Source of the DNA: a virus
Reading direction: 5' to 3' (one strand)
IMG/VR virus record: IMGVR_UViG_3300027971_000046
Span: 1 to 64,000 of that record
DNA length: 64,000 nt
A program made the position numbers and the translations under genes. Numbering within the stretch: position 1 is the stretch's first letter; each line of letters begins with the position of its first letter. Shown piece after piece: positions 1-9,194 of this stretch. The notes under the pieces were generated by a model that was not told the origin of the DNA, searched no databases, and saw nothing but the letters and a program-made list of their open reading frames with translations.

Positions 1-1
1 C

Positions 2-106
2 TTTAATGGTCAAATTGGCGCGGTCAAAATATACAATCGTGTTTTGTCTACAAACGAAATAGAAACAAACTACCAACGCTCCAAGAAACGCTATGGTCAC
101 ACATAA
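2..106 (+). CDS. C-terminal end of LamG/ConA-like domain virion protein (partial)
   Basis: Frame 2 reads FNGQIGAVKIYNRVLSTNEIETNY...*, a typical LamG-like C-terminus. Confidence 0.65.
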   Translation, partial: FNGQIGAVKIYNRVLSTNEIETNYQRSKKRYGHT

Positions 107-347
107 CACTCCCATCTTCTACGCAGTGATTCCTTCCGCAACGGTGGACTCCGTGGACTATGGGCAGACTCTATGCACACGAGAAGGTGTTCGTTTTTCA
201 CTTGACGGCAGCAAGTGTATTGTAAAGTGGGTAGGAAACACTGTACCGTCTTCAATTTCTGCAATTGGTGAACACGAAGGACCGTATACCGCAAATGAAC
301 TATTAGCCATTGTTTCTGGTACGGATTGGGAGCCTCCCGAAGCGTAA
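93..347 (+). CDS. hypothetical phage protein
   Basis: 84-aa ORF overlapping the upstream stop and followed by a terminator hairpin. Confidence 0.6.
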   Translation: MVTHNTPIFYAVIPSATVDSVDYGQTLCTREGVRFSLDGSKCIVKWVGNTVPSSISAIGEHEGPYTANELLAIVSGTDWEPPEA

Positions 348-371
348 ACCAAATACTCAAGGCAATACTTT

Positions 372-393
372 AGAGGGGCGAAAGCCCCTCTTT
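372..393 (+). terminator. intrinsic terminator
   Basis: AGAGGGGC-GAAA-GCCCCTCT followed by TTT. Confidence 0.7.
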
Positions 394-442
394 GTGTTAT
401 GCTGCACTCTACATACTCTACCTAATAACCAAGGAGTTACAC

Positions 443-2362
443 ATGAAGCGACTGCCCACTCTCTACCAAGAGTTTATTCACTTGTCCCGTTACTCGCGCT
501 GGCTTGATTCTGAAATGCGGCGCGAGACTTGGGAGGAAACGGTTGACCGTTACTTCCGCTTTTTTGATGAGCATTTCACCGAGAAGGGCGTGAAGATAAA
601 TAAGGCAGTCCGCGAAGAACTCCGTGAAGCCGTCCTGAATCTTGAAGTCATGCCGTCCATGCGCTCACTAATGACCGCAGGGGAAGCACTCAAGCGGGAC
701 AACACAGCAGGCTACAACTGCTCCTATGTCGCGGTCAACAAGGTTCGCGCATTTGATGAGATCCTGTATGTTCTCATGTGCGGAACTGGTGTAGGCTTTA
801 GCGTGGAGAGGCAGTATGTTGAAAAACTTCCTACAATTGCTGAAGAGTTCACTAACAGCGATACGCTCATTGTGGTCAAGGACTCCAAGGAAGGTTGGGC
901 AAAAGCCTACCGAGAACTGGTATCCCTACTTATTGGAGGTCAAATCCCCCGATGGGATTTGTCTCACATTCGTCCTCTTGGTGCGCGCCTCAAGACTTTC
1001 GGTGGACGCGCAAGTGGACCGCAGCCACTGGAAGACCTGTTCCGATTTACCGTCAGTACTTTTAAGAAGAGTGCTGGTCGCAAACTCACCTCTATTGAAT
1101 GCCACGACATTATCTGTAAGATTGCAGAAATTGTCGTTGTCGGAGGAGTGCGTAGATCGGCTCTTATCTCGCTTTCCAATCTCACGGACGAGCGGATGCG
1201 TGATGCTAAGGTGGGGCAGTGGTGGGTGGAAAATCCACAACGCGCACTAGCCAACAACTCGGTTGCCTTCAAGGAGAAGCCCGAGATCGGCACATTCATG
1301 GAGGAGTGGGTGTCGCTGTACAAGTCCAAGAGCGGTGAGCGTGGACTGTTCAACCGCGAAGCGTGTCGGAAGACCGTGGAGAAACTGGGCGACCGCCGTG
1401 ACGCATCTTATGAGTTCGGCACAAACCCCTGCTCCGAGATCATTCTGCGCGACAAGGAGTTCTGCAATCTGAGCGAAGTCATTGTTCGCGCAGACGACAC
1501 TCCTGATACCCTGAAGCGCAAGGTGCGGCTTGCAGCCATTCTTGGCACTTGGCAGGCTTCTCTCACGAACTTCCCGTACCTCAGCAGTGAGTGGCGCAAG
1601 AACTGCGAAGAAGAGTGCTTGCTTGGTGTGTCGCTCACAGGCATCTTGGACAACCACTTCATGCGGACACAGGGCGACAACCTGAATGTGCTGCTTGAAC
1701 TGCTGAAGGCGGATGCCGTAGCCACCAATAAGGAGTGGGCAAAGCGGATCGGCATCAACCCTGCGGCTGCAATCACCTGTGTCAAGCCAAGCGGCACGGT
1801 GTCTCAGTTGACAGACGCTGCTTCAGGCATCCACGCCCGTCACAACGAGTACTACATCCGCACTGTTCGTGCAGACCGCAAAGACCCCATGTGTCAATTT
1901 ATGATTGACAAGGGATTCCCTGCGGAGCCGTGTGTCATGCGCCCCGACCACACAATGGTGTTCTCGTTCCCGCAGAAGGCTGTGGGATCGGTGACGCGCA
2001 ACGACATGACGGCTATTGAACACCTTGAACTGTGGCTCACCTATCAGCGGCACTGGTGCGAACACAAGCCGTCCATTACTGTTACCGTGAAGGAGCATGA
2101 GTGGATGGAAGTGGGTGCGTGGGTGTACGCGCACTTTGACGAGATCAGCGGCATTTCGTTCCTGCCCCATTCCGATCACACCTATCAGCAGGCTCCGTAT
2201 CAGGACTGCACAGCGGAGCAGTACGAGGCTGCTGCTGCGGCACTGCCCAAGAGCATTGAGTGGAGCGAACTCACCCAATACGAGAAGACCGACACCACGA
2301 AGGGCACACAGACCTTTGCGTGCAGCGGAGACAAGTGCGAAGTGGTTGACCTCACTACATAA
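443..2362 (+). CDS. nrdJ: adenosylcobalamin-dependent (class II) ribonucleotide reductase
   Basis: RRETWEETVDRY, YNCSY, VVVGGVRRSALISLS, GTNPCSEI, TCVKPSGT, C-terminal ACSGDKC; SD AAGGAG before ATG 443. Confidence 0.93.
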   Translation: MKRLPTLYQEFIHLSRYSRWLDSEMRRETWEETVDRYFRFFDEHFTEKGVKINKAVREELREAVLNLEVMPSMRSLMTAGEALKRDNTAGYNCSYVAVNKVRAFDEILYVLMCGTGVGFSVERQYVEKLPTIAEEFTNSDTLIVVKDSKEGWAKAYRELVSLLIGGQIPRWDLSHIRPLGARLKTFGGRASGPQPLEDLFRFTVSTFKKSAGRKLTSIECHDIICKIAEIVVVGGVRRSALISLSNLTDERMRDAKVGQWWVENPQRALANNSVAFKEKPEIGTFMEEWVSLYKSKSGERGLFNREACRKTVEKLGDRRDASYEFGTNPCSEIILRDKEFCNLSEVIVRADDTPDTLKRKVRLAAILGTWQASLTNFPYLSSEWRKNCEEECLLGVSLTGILDNHFMRTQGDNLNVLLELLKADAVATNKEWAKRIGINPAAAITCVKPSGTVSQLTDAASGIHARHNEYYIRTVRADRKDPMCQFMIDKGFPAEPCVMRPDHTMVFSFPQKAVGSVTRNDMTAIEHLELWLTYQRHWCEHKPSITVTVKEHEWMEVGAWVYAHFDEISGISFLPHSDHTYQQAPYQDCTAEQYEAAAAALPKSIEWSELTQYEKTDTTKGTQTFACSGDKCEVVDLTT

Positions 2363-2396
2363 AGCAACCCCACAGGAGATCGCATCTCCCGTCCGA

Positions 2397-2426
2397 CAGC
2401 CCCCGTAAATGGGGGCTGTTTCTTTT
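2397..2426 (+). terminator. intrinsic terminator
   Basis: CAGCCCCC-GTAAAT-GGGGGCTG followed by a T-rich tract. Confidence 0.7.
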
Positions 2427-2469
2427 AAATCTGGACATTTTTACTCTGCTGACTGCTCTAAATATTTGC

Positions 2470-3225
2470 ATGAAGAGACACGGTGTCTATTCTCTTCTGC
2501 TGGCTCTCGCACTCGTCTTGCTGCAAGCCTGTGCCGTAGATGTAGCCGCCAACGCGCCGAAGAGCGCGACCCCGCCGAAGAGCGGGGAGACTAACAGCGT
2601 AAACGCCGAGCCTCCGTTCATGCGGGGGTTCTCTCGTTTGGATGAATGCTCCGAACCACAGGTAGGCTCACTTGCGATTGAGGACGGCAGCACCTACGGC
2701 AGTGGGGTTCTCATTGATCCCACCCATGTGCTGACCGCAGGGCACTGCGCGGACGGGGTAATCCCGTACTGGTTTATTTCGGGGAACGAATTCTTTAAAG
2801 TTCACGGGGTGTCAATCCATCCGCATTATAAAATTGCGGGAGTGGTGTTTGCGGATCTTGCGGTGCTTACCCTTGAAACCCCGTGCCCTGCCACGCCGTC
2901 CACGCTGCTGTCCAGAGGCTACGGATTTGCCCGTGGTGACGAGTTTACCACTGTGGGCTACGGTGGGGGCATCAAGCGTAAAAGCAATCCTGGTGTGTTC
3001 TGGTACTACGGAACCACTGTAGAGGAGCCGTCCACCTTCAAGTTCCTGCCCCTAGAAGGCACTATTTGGTTTGGTGACTCAGGCGGGGCTGTGTACAACG
3101 ACAGCGGAGTTCTCGTTGGGATCATCTCCTCGCTTTCAATTACGAGGGGACATCTCTTTGAGAACTCCGCTGTCAGGTTGGACCTATTTTTAGATTGGAT
3201 ACAGGAGACAACCGAATGCAACTAA
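2470..3225 (+). CDS. trypsin-like (S1) serine protease, predicted lipoprotein
   Basis: Lipobox-like LLQAC; catalytic motifs LTAGHC, ADLAVL, GDSGG. Confidence 0.85.
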   Translation: MKRHGVYSLLLALALVLLQACAVDVAANAPKSATPPKSGETNSVNAEPPFMRGFSRLDECSEPQVGSLAIEDGSTYGSGVLIDPTHVLTAGHCADGVIPYWFISGNEFFKVHGVSIHPHYKIAGVVFADLAVLTLETPCPATPSTLLSRGYGFARGDEFTTVGYGGGIKRKSNPGVFWYYGTTVEEPSTFKFLPLEGTIWFGDSGGAVYNDSGVLVGIISSLSITRGHLFENSAVRLDLFLDWIQETTECN

Positions 3226-3263
3226 ACAAAACTCAACGAGTCTTGCTGTGTGCTTGCAGTTTT

Positions 3264-3464
3264 TTATTCGGTGTCCTGCTCGCCCGTTGGTGCGGGCTGT
3301 AACGCAGCGTCCAGTCGCTTCTGCAATTCAGCCTTTTCCTTCAGAGCAATCTGAAGTTTGGCTTCAAGCACGATTGTCTGCGTGGTAAGGTCATTCACCT
3401 TGTTCTGAAGAATAGGGATCAGAACTGTTTCATTGTAATTCTCCGTCTGCACATTTGGAATCAT
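3264..3464 (-). CDS. small coiled-coil hypothetical protein
   Basis: SD AAGGAGG upstream of MIPNVQ; heptad pattern. Confidence 0.6.
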   Translation of the reverse strand: MIPNVQTENYNETVLIPILQNKVNDLTTQTIVLEAKLQIALKEKAELQKRLDAALQPAPTGEQDTE

Positions 3465-3512
3465 AGTTGGATTCCTCCTTTCATACTGTATGTATGCCAC
3501 CTAAATACGGGT

Positions 3513-4091
3513 ATGGTGATAGCAGGTATTGATTATTCTCTGTGCGGTCCTGCCGTGTGCTTGTTCCGCACCAATGCAACAGGAAAATTCTCGTACAGTG
3601 GCTGCTCGTTTTATTTTCTCACCGACAACAAGCGGCAAAGCGAAGTGCGCTCCATGAATGTGTTTGGAGAGCGGTTGACTGATTGGAACTCTGATGAACA
3701 CCGCTACGAAACCATTGCTGATTGGGCAATAGACATTGTGATGGGCTGCTCCCATGTTGCACTAGAAGGCTATGCGTACTCGGCTAGCGGCAAGGTGTTT
3801 CAGATTGCGGAGAACACAGGCATTCTCAAGTACAAACTGTACGAGTTGAGCATTCCTGTCACCATTATTCCGCCCACCGAAGTCAAGAAGTTTGCTACAG
3901 GCAAGGGCAACGCAGACAAGAACGCCATGTACGCAGCGTGGTCACACGAAACAGGTGTGGACTTGAAGACTCTGCTCACGCCAAAGCGTGCAGATTCCGT
4001 GAGTCCCGTGAGTGACATCGTGGACTCGTACTATATCTGCAAGCGTATGTTTGAGTCTTTGCCTGAAGACTTGCGCTGCGATACCGATTAA
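3513..4091 (+). CDS. RuvC-like Holliday junction resolvase / RNase H-fold nuclease
   Basis: IAGIDYS, ALEGYAY, PTEVKKFATGKGNADK, DIVDS acidic motifs. Confidence 0.8.
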   Translation: MVIAGIDYSLCGPAVCLFRTNATGKFSYSGCSFYFLTDNKRQSEVRSMNVFGERLTDWNSDEHRYETIADWAIDIVMGCSHVALEGYAYSASGKVFQIAENTGILKYKLYELSIPVTIIPPTEVKKFATGKGNADKNAMYAAWSHETGVDLKTLLTPKRADSVSPVSDIVDSYYICKRMFESLPEDLRCDTD

Positions 4092-4390
4092 GGAACCGTG
4101 GTGGTGTCGTCCTGTGGAGCAGGCTGTGTGGGCTGCTCGGGTTCTGCCTTGTCGTCAAGACGCAGAGGCTTGTTCACGAATTCCTTCCAAGCCCACGCAA
4201 GAATCAGCAGCAGGATGGGCACATACCACAGTATCCATCCCCAATTGCTTGTGATCTTGTCGCCGTTCAGAATGTCGTGCTTGAGTTTCAGCATGACAGG
4301 GCTGTCCGATGTGGTGTCAGGAACGATAGCAGGCGCGGTGTTACACGCTGCAAGGCAGAGAAGAGACAAGATGTATGCTAGTTTACGCAT
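4088..4390 (-). CDS. lipoprotein with C-terminal transmembrane helix (spanin candidate)
   Basis: Lipobox LAAC plus hydrophobic WILWYVPILLLILAWAW; adjacent to a holin-like gene. Confidence 0.5.
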   Translation of the reverse strand: MRKLAYILSLLCLAACNTAPAIVPDTTSDSPVMLKLKHDILNGDKITSNWGWILWYVPILLLILAWAWKEFVNKPLRLDDKAEPEQPTQPAPQDDTTTVP

Positions 4391-4399
4391 GGCTTCTCC

Positions 4400-4837
4400 T
4401 TAAGACTTGTTGGAAGCAGCGGCTGAACCAAAGTAGAATCCTACGATGCTCACCAAGATTTGACGAGTTTCAGACGCAAACAGGAAGCCGTTGATCTCTA
4501 CGAAATACTTGCGGGTGGACTGCGGAATAAGTCCGAACAGCCCCTCGGGAGTGGTTGCGTCCACTTCCACGAATGTGGGTAGACCGAAGAACGGCAGGAT
4601 AAAGGGAGCCATCAGGGTGGCAAACAGCACAGCCAGCACGATGAGTTGCCGAATGCCTTTGCCCGTGTCAAGCGGAACTCGTACTGCGGCTTTGTCTTGG
4701 TTTTCTGTGGTCTGCTTGTTTGCCGCTATGAGGCGTTCAAAGATTTCCTTTTGATCCTGACTCTTCTGAGCCATGTATCGAAACAGGAATCCTGTAGCCG
4801 CGCCACCAACGAGCGAAATGAGTTCAGTGCTAATCAT
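4400..4837 (-). CDS. holin-like membrane protein
   Basis: N-terminal hydrophobic segment, two further TM segments, C-terminal GFYFGS typical of 3TM holin-like families. Confidence 0.5.
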   Translation of the reverse strand: MISTELISLVGGAATGFLFRYMAQKSQDQKEIFERLIAANKQTTENQDKAAVRVPLDTGKGIRQLIVLAVLFATLMAPFILPFFGLPTFVEVDATTPEGLFGLIPQSTRKYFVEINGFLFASETRQILVSIVGFYFGSAAASNKS

Positions 4838-4872
4838 GTGGTCACTTCCTTTCTTGAAGCCGCTATTACTAT

Positions 4873-5070
4873 TTAGGTCTGCGGGGGCTTACGGCGACCA
4901 ATATTTTGCTTCTTCTTTCGCTGTGCGGCTGTGGACACAGGCGGAAGATCAGGGGGAAGTCCTGCAATACTGCCACCGCCTGCGATATTCGTGGGTGGCG
5001 GGGACGACACTGCTGGCGGAATTTCTTCTGTCACAAACGAGGAAAACGGCTTTAGTTTACGGTTGCCCAT
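4873..5070 (-). CDS. small protein with capsid-targeting-like N-terminus
   Basis: KPFSSFVTEE followed by a PTNIAGGGSIAGL module. Confidence 0.55.
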   Translation of the reverse strand: MGNRKLKPFSSFVTEEIPPAVSSPPPTNIAGGGSIAGLPPDLPPVSTAAQRKKKQNIGRRKPPQT

Positions 5071-6616
5071 ATGTGGCTCCTCCGAACACCATGAAGTGTA
5101 TGCGCTCCGTGAATCCCAGTTGAAAAATTGAAGCCGACCTGTTCCATGAATTGTCTGTGGAGTTCTGCTTCAGTGAAACCGCTCGGAAGCCACCTGTGTC
5201 CTTTTTGCGTCTGTCCACCATGAGCATGGAATACTCTAGTAGAGCGGTGTAGTCGGTTGCCGTTGTTGCAGCCGCTGTAGGCTCGTACTCTCCGCAAAGA
5301 ATCACACAGTAGTTGCTGTTGGTCATGGTCTTCACGAATGAAATATCAAACTCGGAGTTGCTGCCTGCTGACACGCCCTTGACATTAAAGCCGTTCTCAA
5401 TGTACGCGCTCAACGGACTGCTGTAGCCCTTGTTCGGTGGAATCACAATGGTTCCGTATGCGGTGGCAGTGCGCTTGGACAGCAGATTGGTGAGTGCAGA
5501 TGTGTAGGTTGCACCCGTTACACCAAAGCCACTTGCGCCAGGCACAAGACTCTTGCGTGCGTCTTGGTTGCCCAAAACGGGAGCAGTACTTTCCGTTTTG
5601 ATGTACGGAGTAGCCACGGAGCCTTCTTCTAGTTGTGCGCCCCAAAGGTAGAAGACTTTGCTTTGTCCTTGATAGTTAAGCGCGCCAGTATCATCGGCTA
5701 TATTTACGAATATTCCAGTTTGGTTGTTGTTAATAGCAACAGTACCATTGAAATATCCACTCACCGTAATTCGGAACCATCCGCCACCAACATCAGTAAT
5801 AGACGATGACACTATAGTTGCGCCGTTGGTAACAGTACTCAATGTTTTGGTCTGCAAGTTAAAGGTTGCACCAAAATACACGGAACCAGCATCATAAACA
5901 ATAACTCGTCCACGATATCGTGTTCCCGCTTTAACATAAACACTACCAGTAAATGGTTTGTTTACTAGCGACACAGAATAGTTGCCAGTGTACTGCTGTG
6001 TGCCTTTTTGACTAGAACCATCCGCAGTTCCTTCATTCAATACAGATGCAGTGTTTCCATTGGGTGCTTTGGTTCCATCCGTAGCAAGCGTAGTAGTTGT
6101 ACTGTATCCACTCCATGCTGAATTGCTTAAGTCTTCACTCCACTTGAGTACATTCAGTACCGAAGGAGAACGCAGATCGGTATCTCGCGCAAGGGCAAAT
6201 GACGCAAAATTGATGTACAGATTTCCAGAAGGAAAATCCTGTTGAGTTGCGGTGTTTCCGCCAGCACCAACAGGTCCAGGAAATCCCCAAGTGGCAATCT
6301 GTACGCCTGCGGTTTTTCCCGCTGCGGTCGCACCACCCGCGCCTGCCATGTCTCGCATGGAACTCAACAAACAAGGCGCATTGAATGAACTCACTTCGGG
6401 AGTGTACACCGTGACATATCCACCGCCACCAAATCTTTGGGGATTGGAAAAGGTGATGCCGTGCAGCCCAGTCGAAAGGCGCAGCACGGAAGAAACACCT
6501 GATGAGTCCATTAATTGCGAGACAACCTGTGATGTCCCTGCCTGAATGTTTGCCCATGCATCACAAGTTGGAACAGGCGTGGTGTTTGATGTGAAGTTTG
6601 AAGCAGAACTTGCCAT
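5057..6616 (-). CDS. fibre/spike-like virion protein with inserted carbohydrate-binding-type domain
   Basis: NVLKWSEDLSNSAW...GWFRITV...WGAQLEEGSVATPYIKT module; Gly/Ser/Thr-rich; start taken at MASSAS. Confidence 0.65.
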   Translation of the reverse strand: MASSASNFTSNTTPVPTCDAWANIQAGTSQVVSQLMDSSGVSSVLRLSTGLHGITFSNPQRFGGGGYVTVYTPEVSSFNAPCLLSSMRDMAGAGGATAAGKTAGVQIATWGFPGPVGAGGNTATQQDFPSGNLYINFASFALARDTDLRSPSVLNVLKWSEDLSNSAWSGYSTTTTLATDGTKAPNGNTASVLNEGTADGSSQKGTQQYTGNYSVSLVNKPFTGSVYVKAGTRYRGRVIVYDAGSVYFGATFNLQTKTLSTVTNGATIVSSSITDVGGGWFRITVSGYFNGTVAINNNQTGIFVNIADDTGALNYQGQSKVFYLWGAQLEEGSVATPYIKTESTAPVLGNQDARKSLVPGASGFGVTGATYTSALTNLLSKRTATAYGTIVIPPNKGYSSPLSAYIENGFNVKGVSAGSNSEFDISFVKTMTNSNYCVILCGEYEPTAAATTATDYTALLEYSMLMVDRRKKDTGGFRAVSLKQNSTDNSWNRSASIFQLGFTERIHFMVFGGATYGQP

Positions 6617-7083
6617 TAGATTACCACCACTCCTAGACTTGATGCAGCATTGCTCCACAGCACAATGTTGTGAACCTGATTGCTTGTTCTGCCACTTCCG
6701 CTGAAAGGAGCGGTGGAAGCACTGTTACAAATGAATCCAACACGCACCCAAAATGAAGTAGTTGTTTTGGGGTACAGGGCAGAGTTCAGCACATGGGCAA
6801 ACTGTGGATACAGCGGACTGGTCCATCCGTATGCCTGCACCATTACTTTGTACTTGGTGTCGCGCATGGGAGTAATAAAGGAGAACTTCAATGCTCCTGC
6901 TCCACCATTTCCACCCATTCCTGTCTGTGTGGCGTAGTCTAGCCGCAGGTTGTACCCGTCTACGAAGTTCTTGGCATCAAAATCTGCTTGGGTGGTTGCG
7001 GTGATAATGTGATTGCCAGTAACGCACCACGCCTTCACGGTGTTGTTGTGTGCAAAGAATGGAAGTACAGGTGAGTTTGCCAT
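6616..7083 (-). CDS. small beta-rich virion/fibre-associated protein
   Basis: VKAWC...GYNL...FSFITPMRDTKYKV resembles the C-terminal domain of the adjacent fibre ORF. Confidence 0.55.
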   Translation of the reverse strand: MANSPVLPFFAHNNTVKAWCVTGNHIITATTQADFDAKNFVDGYNLRLDYATQTGMGGNGGAGALKFSFITPMRDTKYKVMVQAYGWTSPLYPQFAHVLNSALYPKTTTSFWVRVGFICNSASTAPFSGSGRTSNQVHNIVLWSNAASSLGVVVI

Positions 7084-7466
7084 TACAGTTGCCTTAGAAT
7101 CTGTGCCAATTTTCCGTCCATTGGGATGTCCGAGACTACGATGCCGTCAAACATCATCCCTTCCTCTATGTATTCCAAATACAGGAGGACGGTCTTGAGT
7201 GCGGGGTGGGTGTCCCGTTCCAATTTGTGAAACAACATACGCGCAGCAGGAGTACGCCCAAACACATTTCCAAGCACCACCAAGTGGTTCAGCAGCAGAA
7301 TGGTGCGGAGATTGCCGCTTCTCATGTACCGCTTCAGCAACCGCTTCACATACTTGATTTTTGAAATGTCTTCCAAGAATTCAGGCATACCCATGCAATC
7401 AGGATTGGTGTAGTTCCCCATCGCATACAGAGTGAAATTTTCCTTGGTCAAGATTTTGAAATCCAT
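7083..7466 (-). CDS. conserved T4-like phage hypothetical protein
   Basis: YAMGNYTNPDC...FLEDISKIKYVKRLL...LLNHLVVLGNVFG, a family recognised from T4-like cyanophages. Confidence 0.75.
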   Translation of the reverse strand: MDFKILTKENFTLYAMGNYTNPDCMGMPEFLEDISKIKYVKRLLKRYMRSGNLRTILLLNHLVVLGNVFGRTPAARMLFHKLERDTHPALKTVLLYLEYIEEGMMFDGIVVSDIPMDGKLAQILRQL

Positions 7467-7484
7467 GATAAAGAAGTGCTGAGA

Positions 7485-9185
7485 TTACCAGCGCATTCCG
7501 TGCTTGTTGAGCATATCTTTGATTGCCTTCTGCTTTCCAATCACATTGGCTGCGCCTGTGTGTGGTGAAGGCTTCTTGACGGGCTTCTTGGTTGCGGCTT
7601 CCTTGACGGTCTTCTTGATGCGCTTGGTTCCCTTGCCGCTCTGGTCGGCAATGTTGGAGCCAAGAGCAGGTTCCATCACGGGAAGACCCGTGGTGAACTC
7701 GGTGGTGACATCTTCCTTGACCGCCTTCTTCTTGTTGCGGAGCATGGTGAAGTCCTGTGCGTCAAGTCGCTTGTTCTTGTTGACATCAAGTCGCTTCTGA
7801 CCGCCGATGAGGGCTTCGTCAACGACTTGTTCCTTCACAACCTTGTGACCAGGAACAGTGATGCTGCCGTACTCGCCAACATCAACCACATAGCCACCGC
7901 CGTGCTGCTGTGCTTTTCCGCTTCCGCCGTTGTCGTGGCGAACAATCTTGCCCTTTACCATCTTGCCCTTGTGGGGAACCTTCACTCTGTCTCCCGCCTT
8001 GAGCATTTCTTCAATCTGCTCAACCTCTTCTCTCATGCCGTGTTCAGCCTTGCGCCACTTGTTCAGTTCACGCTTGTTTACCTGATACGGACTGCCTTCT
8101 TTGTCCGACTTGCGTCCGTACTTGTGTACAAGTTCAAGGTAGTTGATGCGCGAACCACGGGCGTATCCTCTGTCCCGTTCTTTGGCAGTCTTACCCTTGT
8201 TCAGAGCCTTTGAAGCCTTTTCCTTCTCACGATCAATTATAGCCTGACGAGCAGGAGTGAGTTCTTCATCAAGTTCGGCGGCTTCCTTCACGGGCTTGCG
8301 CTTGCCCTTCACGATCTTGCCGCCGCGACCGTACAGTTTTTCAGACTCGTATTCCTTGGTATCACGCGCAATCAGACGGCGCACAGCAGTATCGTGCTTG
8401 TCTTCCAGTTTGCGTCCACGCTCCGCAGCCTTGCCCGTCTTGTTCATCTTGGCTTCGTAGCCGCGTTGAGCCTTGACATCGTGCCGCTGAATCGCGTGTT
8501 CCATGTCTCGCTGACGAGCAGGAGTCTGTGCCATCTCGTCAATGCTGTCGCCGTCATGCTCCACGCCTTCTTCAGCCACAACAGGCTCGGTCTTGGGAGC
8601 CATTTTGGCGGTGACGCGATACAGCCCGTCTTCTGCCATTTCAATGGAAGCCAGCAGAGTGAACTCTTGCAGTCCTGCGGTGGGATTAGCCTTGCCGTTC
8701 ATCACGACATTGCCTGTGTTGCCGTCAATGCCGTCAACGCGACCGAACAGGGTCACGGTGAGAGTAACAGGACCAGTGCCACCATCCTGCCACAGATACG
8801 GTGTCCACGGGAAATCCAGCATGAGCAGATTCAGGCGCGTCTTGATGCGGATGAACGCTTCGTTGGGAGACTGAAAGGTGCTGCGGCTGATGGCATTCAA
8901 CATGGCGTTGATCTGTGCCATGCGCTCAGGACGAAAGTTGACGGGTCCGTCTTCGGTGTTGATGCCACGATTGGGATAGCCCGTGAGGGTTTCCTTGTAC
9001 TCGCTCTCACTCAGTGTGTTGCGGAAATCCTTGAAACGCTTGGTGTTCTCTTTCATGTGCTTTGCCTTTGAAATTTCAATAGCAGCAAGTTGTTTGGCTG
9101 CCTTCTCTTTTGATGGATGTGTGCCTAGAACTTTTGTTCCGCTCTTGTCTGTGACTACGAACTTGCTGCCGCTCTTCTTGATCAT
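7485..9185 (-). CDS. modular basic protein, putative internal head polyprotein
   Basis: Short modules separated by (V/I/L)xE motifs; KRFKDFRNTLSE. Confidence 0.65.
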   Translation of the reverse strand: MIKKSGSKFVVTDKSGTKVLGTHPSKEKAAKQLAAIEISKAKHMKENTKRFKDFRNTLSESEYKETLTGYPNRGINTEDGPVNFRPERMAQINAMLNAISRSTFQSPNEAFIRIKTRLNLLMLDFPWTPYLWQDGGTGPVTLTVTLFGRVDGIDGNTGNVVMNGKANPTAGLQEFTLLASIEMAEDGLYRVTAKMAPKTEPVVAEEGVEHDGDSIDEMAQTPARQRDMEHAIQRHDVKAQRGYEAKMNKTGKAAERGRKLEDKHDTAVRRLIARDTKEYESEKLYGRGGKIVKGKRKPVKEAAELDEELTPARQAIIDREKEKASKALNKGKTAKERDRGYARGSRINYLELVHKYGRKSDKEGSPYQVNKRELNKWRKAEHGMREEVEQIEEMLKAGDRVKVPHKGKMVKGKIVRHDNGGSGKAQQHGGGYVVDVGEYGSITVPGHKVVKEQVVDEALIGGQKRLDVNKNKRLDAQDFTMLRNKKKAVKEDVTTEFTTGLPVMEPALGSNIADQSGKGTKRIKKTVKEAATKKPVKKPSPHTGAANVIGKQKAIKDMLNKHGMRW

Positions 9186-9194
9186 GGATGGATC

